Below are positions 21,112 to 31,048 of a stretch of 64,000 nt of DNA, in pieces. The stretch is taken from the NCBI GenBank assembly GCA_963813815.1, contig CAWFAD010000010.1, forward strand, positions 1 through 64,000, in the 5' to 3' direction. The position numbers and the translations under genes are program-made. The notes under the pieces are model-generated. The model saw nothing but the letters and a program-made list of their open reading frames with translations, was not told the DNA's origin and searched no databases. Origin of the DNA: an uncultured bacterium. GTDB taxonomy: Bacteria; Krumholzibacteriota; Krumholzibacteriia; Krumholzibacteriales; Krumholzibacteriaceae. Each line of letters starts with the position of its first letter. Position 1 is the first letter of the stretch.

Positions 21112-23408
21112 TTACAAGGACTTTATCGCCGCGTTCCCGCGCCTCGTCTCGCCTGCTCGAGGGCGGCTCGGATAGGTCGGATTCCCCGGCTCTATCGCGA
21201 GCGCCGCCTCGAACTCCCTCGCCGCGCGATCGAGCTCTCCCGCCTTCGCGTAAATCACGCCGAGCGTGAAGCGCCCGTTCGCGTACTTCGGCTCCGTCGC
21301 GACCGCCCGCTCCGCGTAGCGGCGCGCCTCGTCGGGCCGGTTCGTCTCGAAGTAGAGGATGGCGAGGTTGCTCATCGCGAAGACGTCTTTCGGATTCGCC
21401 TCGAGGGCCCTGAACAGGGTTTTCTCGGCCTCCGGGTAGCGCTTGAGCTTGCCGTAGCACACGGCGAGATTGTTGAGCGTGCCCGCGTGGTTCGGCCTCA
21501 GGGCGAGCGCCTTCTTGAACTCCTCGATCGCCTTCTCGAGCTCGCCCTGAGCCTGATAGCGCTGTCCGAGGTTGTTGAGGGCGTCGGGATTCTCGACCGT
21601 GATGTAGCCGAGCGCCTCGAGCTTCTTGAGCTCGGCCTCGTCCGTCGAGCCTCCCCGCGGAACGGCGTCCCCCTCGGACTCGCGCTCGCGCTCGAGCGTG
21701 GCGACCGAGGCGGGATTCAGGGACTCCGCGAGCGACGTCTCGAAGGCGTCGATGAGCGCGCGTCCCGGCATGTCCTCGACCCGCGGAAACCCCGCGAGCG
21801 CCAGTATCGTCGGCGCGACGTCGATGAGCGAGGCTCCCTCGATGCGGTGCCCCCGGCGGATGCCCGGGCCGTAGAGGCAGATGATTCCCTCCGGGTTGTG
21901 CCATTGAAGGGCGTGTCCGCCCTCTATCTCCGCGCCGGAGGTCGGCCTCGAGTCGAGGCTCTTGAACCCGTGGTCGGAGGCGATCATGACGACGGTGTTT
22001 TCGCCGCATCTCGCGAGCAGCTCGCCGATGATCCGGTCCTGATAGACGTACGCCTCGACGACCGCGTCCTTGTATCTCCGGTAGCTCTTCCTCGCTCACC
22101 CCTTCCCGCCGCGGCGGCATGAAGGGCATGAAGAGGTGCCCCGTGGCGTCGACGAGCTCGAAATAGACGCCGAGAAAGTCCGGACGATCCTTCTCGAGCA
22201 GGTGGAGCGCGATCGCGCGGTAGCTCGCCGCGGTGGCGTAGGTGAGGAGCATGTCGTTCACGAGGTTCCCGGGATCGAACTCGGCCGAGCGGCTCCTTTC
22301 GATCTCGGCGGCGTCGACGTGCATGAATCGTTTCATCTCGTCGAACGGCACGTTCCCGCTTTTTACGATGAGCTTTCCGATCTCGTCCGCGCGCGCGGGA
22401 GGGTAGATGGCGCCGGGCAGAGGCGTTTCCCCTTGTCCGAGGGTCGCCGCGAAGGCGAGGTAGCCGACGCGGTCCGAGACCATCACTCCGTTGATCTTCT
22501 CCGCCGGGTGGGTCGCGAGCCACCCGACGACGTCGACGCTCCGCCCGTAGTCGCTCATCATGTTCCAGAAGGCGTCGACCTTCCGGTGCAGCCTCGTTAT
22601 GGGAATCTGCCTGCCGGTGGCGGGATCGACGGCGGTGCAGCTCAGTATGCCGTGCTCCTCGGGGAGCTTGCCCGTGGCCATCGTCGTCCAGAGAAGCGGG
22701 GAGATCATGGGATCCATCGAGCGAAGGGGACCCGTGGATCCGCCTTCGACGATCTTTTTGAAATTGGGAAGCTTGCCCCGCTCGATAAGGGGGTTAATGA
22801 TTCCCCAGTCGCCGGCGTCGACGCCGATAAAGACGATTTTTCTTATTGGCGCCGCGGAGACGTCCGCCGCGCTTTCCCCGCGCGGCCCCTCCCCACGATT
22901 CGATCTCGGCGGAGAGAACGGCGACCCGCGCTCCGGAGAGGGTCTCGCGGAGATCTTCCGCGACGGCGAGCGCGAAGGCCTCGGGTGTTTCCCCTTCCGC
23001 CGCGGGGCTCCACGCCGCGGCTCGTATTTCGACGGCGTCCCGGAAGACTTCCTCGATGCCCGCGGCGAACTCCTTGCCCACGATCCCGTAGAGATTCTCG
23101 GCGGAGCCCTCGGGGATGTCGAGCCGGAAGGAGAGAACGACCTCCGTTTGGCTTCCGTCCTTCAGAAGAACGGGGGCGCTCCCCTCCCGCGGAAAGCGCA
23201 GCGCGACCTCGCCGACGGGGTAGACGCTGAACGCGCCCGAGAAGGGGCGAACGAGATGCCACCCCGGTCCGTACGCGACCGGCCGGCCGCCGCCCGAAAC
23301 GAGCAGCGCCTCGCTGCCGGGCGGGACGCGCTTCAGGGAGACCGCGAGGGCGATCGCGACGACGGCGGCCGAAGCGAGCGCGAGGCCGCGCGAGCTTTCT
23401 TTCTTCAA
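21112..23408 (-). CDS. SPFH-like + alkaline phosphatase superfamily + TPR protein (frameshifts near 22880 and 22085)
   Basis: AGGAG RBS and TTG 23408; TM then GPGWHLVRPF; FIGVDAGDW, PMISPLLWTTMATG, ASDHGF, LEALGYI, then TPR repeats. Confidence 0.7.
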
Positions 23409-23572
23409 GTGTCGTCTCCTTTCGCGGGCGCATTGTACCATAGGACGCGGGACGATTCAGCAGCGTTATGGCGCCGTCTCGAGCCGAGGAACGATAGTGG
23501 TTGAAATGACCGCGCCGCACGATTTACCATCCACGCTGCGTGTCGAGTCGAAGGGACAGGACGGGGGGCGAT

Positions 23573-24536
23573 ATGAAACGAGCGTTCTGCGGATTGCTGG
23601 CGATGGCTCTTCTCGCCGGCCCCGGCTGCCGGGGAAACGGCGGCGAGCGGCGGGACTCGAAGGGGATCGAGGGGACGATCACGATATCCGGCGCGTGGGC
23701 CCTCTATCCCATGGCCGTCAAGTGGGCCGAGGAGTTCGAGAAGCTTCATCCGGGGATACGAATGGACGTTTCGGCCGGGGGCGCGGGGAAGGGCATGGCC
23801 GACGCGCTGGCCGGCGTGGCGGATATCGGTCTCGTATCGCGCGATCTCCATCCCGCCGAAATCGACAAGGGAGCGTGGGGCGTGGCGGTGGTCGTGGACG
23901 CCGTCGTTCCCACCATAAACGACGGCAATCCGGCTCTCGGCGATCTGCTCCGCGCGGGGGCGAGCCGGGAAGCGCTCGCCGGAATCTGGGTGACCGGCGC
24001 GGTCACGAAATGGAGCGACGTCGTTCCGGGCGCCGCCCCGGGCTCGATTCGCGTCTATACGCGCTCCGACGCCTGCGGCGCCGCGGAGACCTGGGCCAAG
24101 TATCTGGGAAAAGACCAGGACGATCTCCTCGGCGTCGGCGTGTACGGCGACCCCGGAGTGGCCGAGGCGATTCAGAGGGACCCGCTTGGGCGCCGGTTTC
24201 AACAACATCAACTACGTCTACGACGCCGCGACGAAACTGCCGATCGCGGGGCTCCGGGTTCTGCCCATCGATCTCGACGGCGACGGACGGCTCGATGCGG
24301 ACGAGGATTTCTACGGGAGCCGGGACTCGCTCGTCGCGGCGATAGCCTCGGGCCGCTATCCGTCGCCTCCCGCGCGGGACCTCTACTTCGTGTCCCGGGG
24401 CAGGCCCGCGCGCGGCGCGGTGGCGGAGTTCGTCAGGTGGGTCCTGACGGACGGACAGCGATACGTCGCCGAAGCGGGGTACGTGGCGCTCGGCGGCGAG
24501 AGGCTCGAGGAAGGGTTGCGGAGGCTCGAGGAATAG
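23573..24536 (+). CDS. pstS: Phosphate ABC transporter substrate-binding lipoprotein (frameshift near 24185)
   Basis: Lipobox LAGPGC; ITISGAWALYP, SAGGAGKG; upstream of pstCAB. Confidence 0.85.
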
Positions 24537-24542
24537 GAAGCG

Positions 24543-25431
24543 ATGATCAGGCTCATGAAGGACAGGCTCGCCGGAGCGAGCATGCGGGCGTGGACGGTCG
24601 TTTCCGGGCTCATCGTGTTCGCGATGATCGTCGGGCTGTACGTGAGATCCCGGCCGATACTCTCCGCGAGGCCCCTTTCGGAGCTCCTCTTCTCGACCTC
24701 GTGGCACCCCCTCAGGGGGGAGTTCGGCCTCTTCACTTTCATCGCGGGCACGCTCTGGGTGACGGCGGTGGCCGTCGCCATAGCGGTCCCGCTCTGTCTC
24801 CTCTCCGCGATCTATCTCGCCGAGTACGCGCCCCGGCGGCTGCGGGAGTGGACTGCCCCCCTCATCGATCTCCTCGCCGGCATACCGTCGGTCGTGTTCG
24901 GGGTCTGGGGAGTGCTCGTGATCGTGCCGCTCGTCAAGAATCATATCGCTCCCTTCTACGGAGCGTCCTCGAGCGGATACTGCGTGCTCTCGGCGGGCGT
25001 CGTTCTCGCGATCATGGTGTTCCCGGTCATCGTGCACGTCTCGGTCGAGGTCCTGCGATCCGTCCCGAACGAGATGCAGGGAGGCCTCTCTCGCGCTCGG
25101 GGCCACGCAGTGGCAGACGATCAAGCACGTCGTCGTGCGCAAGGCCATGCCGGGAGTCATGGCCGCCATCGTCCTCGGCCTGTCGCGCGCCTTCGGAGAG
25201 ACGATGGCCGTGCTCATGGTGGCGGGGAACGTGTCCGCCGTTCCGTCGTCCGTCTTCGATCCCGCCTATCCGCTCCCGGCGCTCATCGCCAACAAGTACG
25301 GCGAAATGCTCTCCGTGCCGATGTACGATTCGGCGCTCCTGCTCGCCGCCCTCGTCCTGCTCGTGGTGGTTCTCCTCGTCAACGTCGCGGCGCGGGCGAT
25401 CCTGCTGCGGGTCGAAAGAAGCGTGTGGTAG
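24543..25431 (+). CDS. pstC: Phosphate ABC transporter permease (frameshift near 25080)
   Basis: [29 protein letters not shown]. Confidence 0.88.
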
Positions 25432-25433
25432 GG

Positions 25434-26286
25434 ATGAACGCGAGAAGGCTGGAAGAGATCGCGGGAAAGGGGCTCTCGGCCGCGGCGGCCGCCGTGCTCT
25501 TTCTCGAGCCTCTTCCTCATACTGGGCACGATCGTCGCGAAGGGGTTGCCGTCCCTGAATCTGGCGATGCTCACCGAAACCCCGAAGGGGGGATATTACC
25601 TCGGGAAGGAAGGGGGCATTCTCAACGCGATCGTCGGCTCGCTCTATCTCGCGGGGGGCGCCACGCTTCTCGCCCTGCTGCTCGGCGCGCCCGTCGTCAT
25701 GTATCTCAACGTGTACGCGAAGAAACGAAGCCGCCTCGTTCTCTTCACGAGATTCTCCTTCGACGTCCTCTGGGGCGTCCCTTCCATAGTGTACGGAGCG
25801 TTCGGCTTCACCATCATGCTGCTCTTCGGGCTCAAGGCCTCGCTGCTCGGCGGCATCATCGCCGTGGCCCTCATGATCCTCCCCATCATGAGCAGGGCGA
25901 TGGACGAGGTCGTGCGGATGGTTCCGCAGGAGCTTTTCGAGGCGTCCTACGCCCTCGGGGCGACGCGTCTCGAGACCGCCCTCAAGGTGGTGGCGCGGCA
26001 GGCCCTGCCGGGAATCATGACGGCGATTCTCATCGCGTTCGGCCGGGGGATCGGGGACGCCGCCTCCGTCATGTTCACGGCGGGATTCACCGACGACGTT
26101 CCGACGTCGCTCTTCCGGCCGGCGGCCACGCTGCCGCTCGCGATTTTCTATCAGCTCGGAACGCCGTTCCCGGAGGTTCAGAGCCGCGCGTATGCGTCGG
26201 CGCTCATTCTCACGGCGATCGTTCTCGCCATCAGTTTCGTTTCGAGGATTCTCGCGAGCAGGCTCACGAAGCATATCGTGAAATGA
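25434..26286 (+). CDS. pstA: Phosphate ABC transporter permease (frameshift near 25510)
   Basis: LWGVPSIVYGAFG, EASYALGATR, GRGIGDAA. Confidence 0.88.
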
Positions 26287-26294
26287 AAGGTGCC

Positions 26295-27056
26295 ATGGAA
26301 TACCAGCCGCCGATCAGCGTGAGGGGTCTCGACATTCACTACGGGGAAGAGCACGCCCTGAAAAACGTATCGGTCGACATACCCGGCAGAAAGATCACGG
26401 TCATCATCGGCCCGTCCGGGTGCGGCAAGACGACGCTGCTCAAATCCTTCAACCGCCTCGTGGATCTGGCCGACGGGGTCAAGGTCTCCGGCGAGGTGCT
26501 CGTCAACGGCGAGAACATCTACGCGCCCGGCGTGGACGTCACGCGGATCAGGAAAAAGATGGGCCTGCTGTCGCAGAAGCCGTATCCGCTGCCGATGTCG
26601 ATCTACGACAACGTCGCCTACGGCCCGCGCATTCACGGGACGAAGAAAAAGCGCGAGCTCGACGGCATCGTCGAGCGCTACCTCAAGGAGTCGGGGCTCT
26701 GGGACGAGGTGCGCGACCGGCTGCACGCGCCGGCGTCGAAGCTCTCGCTCGGCCAGCAGCAGCGGCTGTGCCTCGCGAGGGGGCTCGCGGTGGAGCCCGA
26801 GATCATTCTCTGCGACGAGCCCACCTCGGCCCTCGACCCGGTCTCGAGCAGGCGCATCGAGGAGAGGTTCCGGGAGCTCAAGAGCTCCTACACGATCGTC
26901 GCCGTCACGCACATCCTGCGCCAGGCGCGCCGGCTCGCCGATTACGTGATATTCCTCTACCTCGGAGAGCTCGTGGAGCACGGCCCGGCGGAGAAGATTT
27001 TCGAGGACCCCGACAAGGCGATGACGCGGGAGTACATCAAGGGGATTATCAGCTGA
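26295..27056 (+). CDS. pstB: Phosphate ABC transporter ATPase
   Basis: GPSGCGKT, LSLGQQQRLCLAR, DEPTSALDP. Confidence 0.93.
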   Translation: MEYQPPISVRGLDIHYGEEHALKNVSVDIPGRKITVIIGPSGCGKTTLLKSFNRLVDLADGVKVSGEVLVNGENIYAPGVDVTRIRKKMGLLSQKPYPLPMSIYDNVAYGPRIHGTKKKRELDGIVERYLKESGLWDEVRDRLHAPASKLSLGQQQRLCLARGLAVEPEIILCDEPTSALDPVSSRRIEERFRELKSSYTIVAVTHILRQARRLADYVIFLYLGELVEHGPAEKIFEDPDKAMTREYIKGIIS

Positions 27057-27162
27057 TCCGGCGCCCGCGGGGTTCAGAAAAAGCTCTTGATTTCGGGCAT
27101 CCCCCGCTGCTACATATTTACGGCTTATCATATAAGAAGATGCATTCTACAAGCGGGGTGAC

Positions 27163-28005
27163 ATGAACAAGATTCTCGAGAAGGAATTCATCACGCCGTT
27201 CGTCTTCCGCATGAAGGTCGAGGCGCCGGAGATCGCGCGCAAGCGCAAGGCGGGGCAGTTCATCATTCTGCGCACCTGCGACTCGGGAGAGCGCATTCCC
27301 CTCACGATCGCCGACGGGAACGCGGAGGAGGGCTGGATCGAGCTCGTCGTGCAGGTCGTCGGGAAGACGACGAAGCAGCTTTCGGAGTTCGGCGCGGGGC
27401 AGGAGCTCTGCGATCTCGCCGGGCCGCTCGGAAAGCCCACGCACATCGAGCTCTTCGGCACGGTCGTCATCGTCGGCGGCGGCATCGGCATCGCGCCGTC
27501 CCACCCCATCGCGCAGGCGATGAAGCGCGCGGGAAACCGCGTCATCGCGATCCTCGGCGGCCGCACGAAGGATCTCGTCATCATGGAGGAAAAGATGCGC
27601 GCGACGAGCGATCGCGTCGTCATCACGACGGACGACGGATCCTACGGCATGAAGGGGCTCGTCACCGACGCGATCGACAAGCTCGTGGCCGAGGGGGAAA
27701 AGATCAATCTCGTCGTCGCGATCGGGCCGCCCGTCATGATGAAGTTCGTGAGCCTGCTCACGAAGAAGTACGACATCCCGACGCTCGTGAGCCTCAACAC
27801 GATCATGGTCGACGGCACCGGCATGTGCGGCGCCTGCCGCGTCACGGTGGGAGAGGCGACCAAGTTCGTCTGCGTCGACGGTCCCGAGTTCGACGGGCAC
27901 AAGGTCGATTTCGACGAGATGATGAAGCGGCTTCGCGCCTACGAGACGGACGAGAAGGTTTCGCGGGAGCGGCACGAGCAGGGGTGCTGCGGGAAGCACA
28001 CGTAA
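27163..28005 (+). CDS. nfnA: Electron-bifurcating transhydrogenase small subunit (FAD/2Fe-2S; SudB-like)
   Basis: ERIPLTIAD, GGGIGIAP, MVDGTGMCGACRV, CVDGPEF. Confidence 0.88.
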   Translation: MNKILEKEFITPFVFRMKVEAPEIARKRKAGQFIILRTCDSGERIPLTIADGNAEEGWIELVVQVVGKTTKQLSEFGAGQELCDLAGPLGKPTHIELFGTVVIVGGGIGIAPSHPIAQAMKRAGNRVIAILGGRTKDLVIMEEKMRATSDRVVITTDDGSYGMKGLVTDAIDKLVAEGEKINLVVAIGPPVMMKFVSLLTKKYDIPTLVSLNTIMVDGTGMCGACRVTVGEATKFVCVDGPEFDGHKVDFDEMMKRLRAYETDEKVSRERHEQGCCGKHT

Positions 28006-28041
28006 GCAAGGAGGCAAGCGGCGCGAGCGCCGCGTCACGCG

Positions 28042-29478
28042 ATGGAAGCGAAGAATCTCACGACGAAGGAACGGCTCCAGATCCCGCCGGTCATGATGCC
28101 GGAGCAGGATCACCGGGAACGCATCCACAACGTGAACGAGGTTCCGATCGGCTACGACGCCGAGATGGCGACGACCGAGGCCCAGCGCTGCCTCCAGTGC
28201 AAGAACGCCCCCTGCGTGAAGGGATGTCCGGTCGAAATCGACATCCCCGGGTTCATCAAGGCGATCGTCGAGGGGAGGCACCGAGAGGCGATCAACAAGA
28301 TCAAGGAAACGAACATTCTCCCCGCCGTCTGCGGCCGCGTGTGTCCGCAGGAGGAGCAGTGCCAGAAGGGCTGCGTCGTCGGCAAGAGCCACAAGGACGT
28401 CGCCAAGGCGGTTCAGATCGGCAAGCTCGAGCGGTTCGCGGCGGATTGGGAGATGCAGCAGGGAGACGCCGAGGTGCCGCCCATCAAGCCCCCGACGGGC
28501 AAGCGCGTCGCGATCGTCGGCTCCGGCCCCGCGGGGCTCACGGTCGCCGCCGACGTCCGCCGCGAGGGGCACGACGTGACGGTGTTCGAGGCGCTCCACA
28601 AGCCCGGGGGCGTTCTCATCTACGGCATTCCGGAGTTCCGGCTCCCGAAGCGCATCGTGATGCGCGAGGTGCGGAACCTCGAGCGGATGGGCGTCACCGT
28701 GCGCCGAAACTACGTCGTCGGCAAGACCTCCACGATCGACGAGCTCTTCGACGAGGGGTACGACGCGGTGTTCGTCGCGACGGGCGCGGGGCTTCCGCTC
28801 TTCATGCATATAGCCGGCGAAAATCTGAACGGCGTCTACTCGGCGAACGAGTACCTGACGCGGGCGAACCTCATGGCCGCCTACTCGTTCCCCGATTCCG
28901 ACACGCCGATCGCCCGGGCCCGCAACGTCGCCGTCTTCGGCGGCGGAAACGTCGCGATGGACTCGGCGCGGACGGCGCTGCGTCTCGGCGCGGAAAACGT
29001 CTACCTCATCTACCGCCGCTCGAAGGCGGAGATGCCCGCTCGTGTGGAGGAGGTCCACCACGCCGAGGAGGAGGGCGTCCAGATGATGCTCCTCCAGAAT
29101 CCCATTCGGCTCCTCGGCGACGAGAAGGGATGGGTCAAGGAAGTCGAGTGCATCAAGATGGAGCTCGGCGAGCCCGACGCCTCGGGCCGCCGCCGCCCGG
29201 TTCCGGTCCCGGGGAGCGAGTTCCGCGTTCCGATCGAGGTCTGCATCGTCGCCATCGGCAACGCCTCGAATCCGCTCGTGCCCGCCACGACGCCCGATAT
29301 CGCGGTGAACAAGTGGGGGAACATCGTCGCGGACGAGGCGACGCTCAAGACGAGCAAGAAGGCGGTGTACGCGGGGGGCGACATCGTGCTCGGCGCCGCG
29401 ACCGTGATCCTCGCGATGGGGCAGGGGAGAAAGGCCGCGCACGCGATCAACGAGTACCTGAAGAGCGGAGCGTGGTGA
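28042..29478 (+). CDS. nfnB: Electron-bifurcating transhydrogenase large subunit (GltD/SudA-like)
   Basis: RCLQC...CVKGCP, CGRVCPQEEQC, GSGPAG, GGGNVAMD; adjacent to nfnA. Confidence 0.88.
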   Translation: MEAKNLTTKERLQIPPVMMPEQDHRERIHNVNEVPIGYDAEMATTEAQRCLQCKNAPCVKGCPVEIDIPGFIKAIVEGRHREAINKIKETNILPAVCGRVCPQEEQCQKGCVVGKSHKDVAKAVQIGKLERFAADWEMQQGDAEVPPIKPPTGKRVAIVGSGPAGLTVAADVRREGHDVTVFEALHKPGGVLIYGIPEFRLPKRIVMREVRNLERMGVTVRRNYVVGKTSTIDELFDEGYDAVFVATGAGLPLFMHIAGENLNGVYSANEYLTRANLMAAYSFPDSDTPIARARNVAVFGGGNVAMDSARTALRLGAENVYLIYRRSKAEMPARVEEVHHAEEEGVQMMLLQNPIRLLGDEKGWVKEVECIKMELGEPDASGRRRPVPVPGSEFRVPIEVCIVAIGNASNPLVPATTPDIAVNKWGNIVADEATLKTSKKAVYAGGDIVLGAATVILAMGQGRKAAHAINEYLKSGAW

Positions 29479-29509
29479 GGTTCCGGACGGCCTCCGCGGC
29501 GGGGCCCCC

Positions 29510-31039
29510 TCACGCCCGCTTCTCGATCTGCCTGATGAGGTCGCTGAAGATGACGTGGTGGAAGGGCACGAAGATATACCAGTAGATCCTGCCCGCGAGC
29601 GATTCCGTATAGTAGTGCGCGACGATCGAGAGCCGGTTGCGGTCTCCGGCCGGCTCGATGTCGAACTCGAGCCAGGCCTTGCCGGGCAGCTTCATCTCGG
29701 CCCGGAGCAAGAGCCTGATGTCGGGCTGCAGATCTTCGATTCGCCACCAGTCGATGACGTCGTCGACCTTGAGGTTCGACTGGCTGCGCCGTCCGCGCCC
29801 GTGGCCGACGCCCATGAGCACCTTGTCGACCCAGCCGCGAAGCCGCCACATCCAGTTGTGCGTGAACCACCCTTCCTCGCCGCCGATCGCGCAGATCGAG
29901 GCGTAGATCCGCCACGCCTCTTTGCTCGAGACGAGGGCGAAGCGCGCCGTGTACATCCGCTCTCCCTCGACCTCGTGGAGCTTCATGGCGAGCTCGTGCG
30001 CGGGAGGGTACGCGCTGTACCAGCTCGTCCGGACGTTGTCCTGCTCCTCGCGCGTCATCGCGCAGATGATCGCCTCGCGGTAGCTGAGCCGCTCGAAGGG
30101 AATGTAGCTCCGGATCGAGTCGTCCTGACAGATCACTTCGTTCTTGAGGCCCTCCATGAGGCTCTTCGTGATGGCCGCCGGTATCGGCGTGAGCACCCCG
30201 GCGTGATACGAATAGAAGCTGATGCTCGTGATGGGCCACCGCAGGAAGTACCGCCTCTTGTGGAGGACCTCGGCGAGCTCCTTCATCATTCCCGCGTAGG
30301 TGAGCACGTCGTCCCCGCCGATGTCGAACGAGCGGCCGGCCGTCTCCGGCGTCTCGAGCACGCCGACGAGATACTTGACGACGTCGCGCACCGCGATCGG
30401 CTGGCAGCGGTTGAAGGCCCATTTCGGCATCGGGAGAATGACGAGCCTCTTGACGAGATGCTTGATGATCTCGTAGCTCGCGCTTCCCGAGCCGATGATG
30501 ATCGCGGCGCGGAGAATCGTCACGGGGACCGCTCCGCGGGCGAGCTCCTCGGCCACGCGGATGCGGCTGCGCAGGTGGGAGGACAGCTTCGCGCGGGCGT
30601 CGCCGAGACCCCCGAGGTAGATGATCCGCTTGAGGCCCGCCGCCTCCGCCACGCGGCGGAAGTTGACCGCCGCGCGCAGATCGGCCGCTTCGAACTGGCG
30701 CTGCCCGAGCAGGAGCGAGTGGATGAGGTAGTAGGCGGTGTGAACTCCCTCGAGGGCGGCGCGCAGATCGGCCGCGTCGCGGGCGTCCGCGTCGACCACC
30801 TCGACGCTCGGCCACATTTCGCGGTAATCGGGCGCCTGTCCCCGCACCATGATGCGCACGCGGTACCCGCGCGAGAGGAGCTCCGGGATGAGCCGCCCGC
30901 CGATGTATCCGGAGGCCCCCGTCACGAGGATCGTTCCGATCGAGGGATCGGGCCTCGTGGGGAGATCGGCCGTGTAGCGGTACTCCCGCTTGGAGAGGGC
31001 GTCGATGAGACACCGTTGCATCGCCCGGTTCTTCGCCAT
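29510..31039 (-). CDS. YbjT-like SDR family protein with C-terminal DUF2867-type domain
   Basis: VTGASGYIGGRL, AYYLIHS, IGGEEGW, AEMKLPGKAWLEF. Confidence 0.85.
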   Translation of the reverse strand: MAKNRAMQRCLIDALSKREYRYTADLPTRPDPSIGTILVTGASGYIGGRLIPELLSRGYRVRIMVRGQAPDYREMWPSVEVVDADARDAADLRAALEGVHTAYYLIHSLLLGQRQFEAADLRAAVNFRRVAEAAGLKRIIYLGGLGDARAKLSSHLRSRIRVAEELARGAVPVTILRAAIIIGSGSASYEIIKHLVKRLVILPMPKWAFNRCQPIAVRDVVKYLVGVLETPETAGRSFDIGGDDVLTYAGMMKELAEVLHKRRYFLRWPITSISFYSYHAGVLTPIPAAITKSLMEGLKNEVICQDDSIRSYIPFERLSYREAIICAMTREEQDNVRTSWYSAYPPAHELAMKLHEVEGERMYTARFALVSSKEAWRIYASICAIGGEEGWFTHNWMWRLRGWVDKVLMGVGHGRGRRSQSNLKVDDVIDWWRIEDLQPDIRLLLRAEMKLPGKAWLEFDIEPAGDRNRLSIVAHYYTESLAGRIYWYIFVPFHHVIFSDLIRQIEKRA

Positions 31040-31048
31040 CGCGTCCCC

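Noticed and set aside
23409..23572. Pho box upstream of pstS
   Set aside because: No convincing 11-bp-spaced CTGTCAT-like direct repeats visible
24543..27056. Apparent 837-aa PstC-PstB fusion in the ORF track
   Set aside because: Artefact of a frameshift in pstC plus an open shadow frame across pstA
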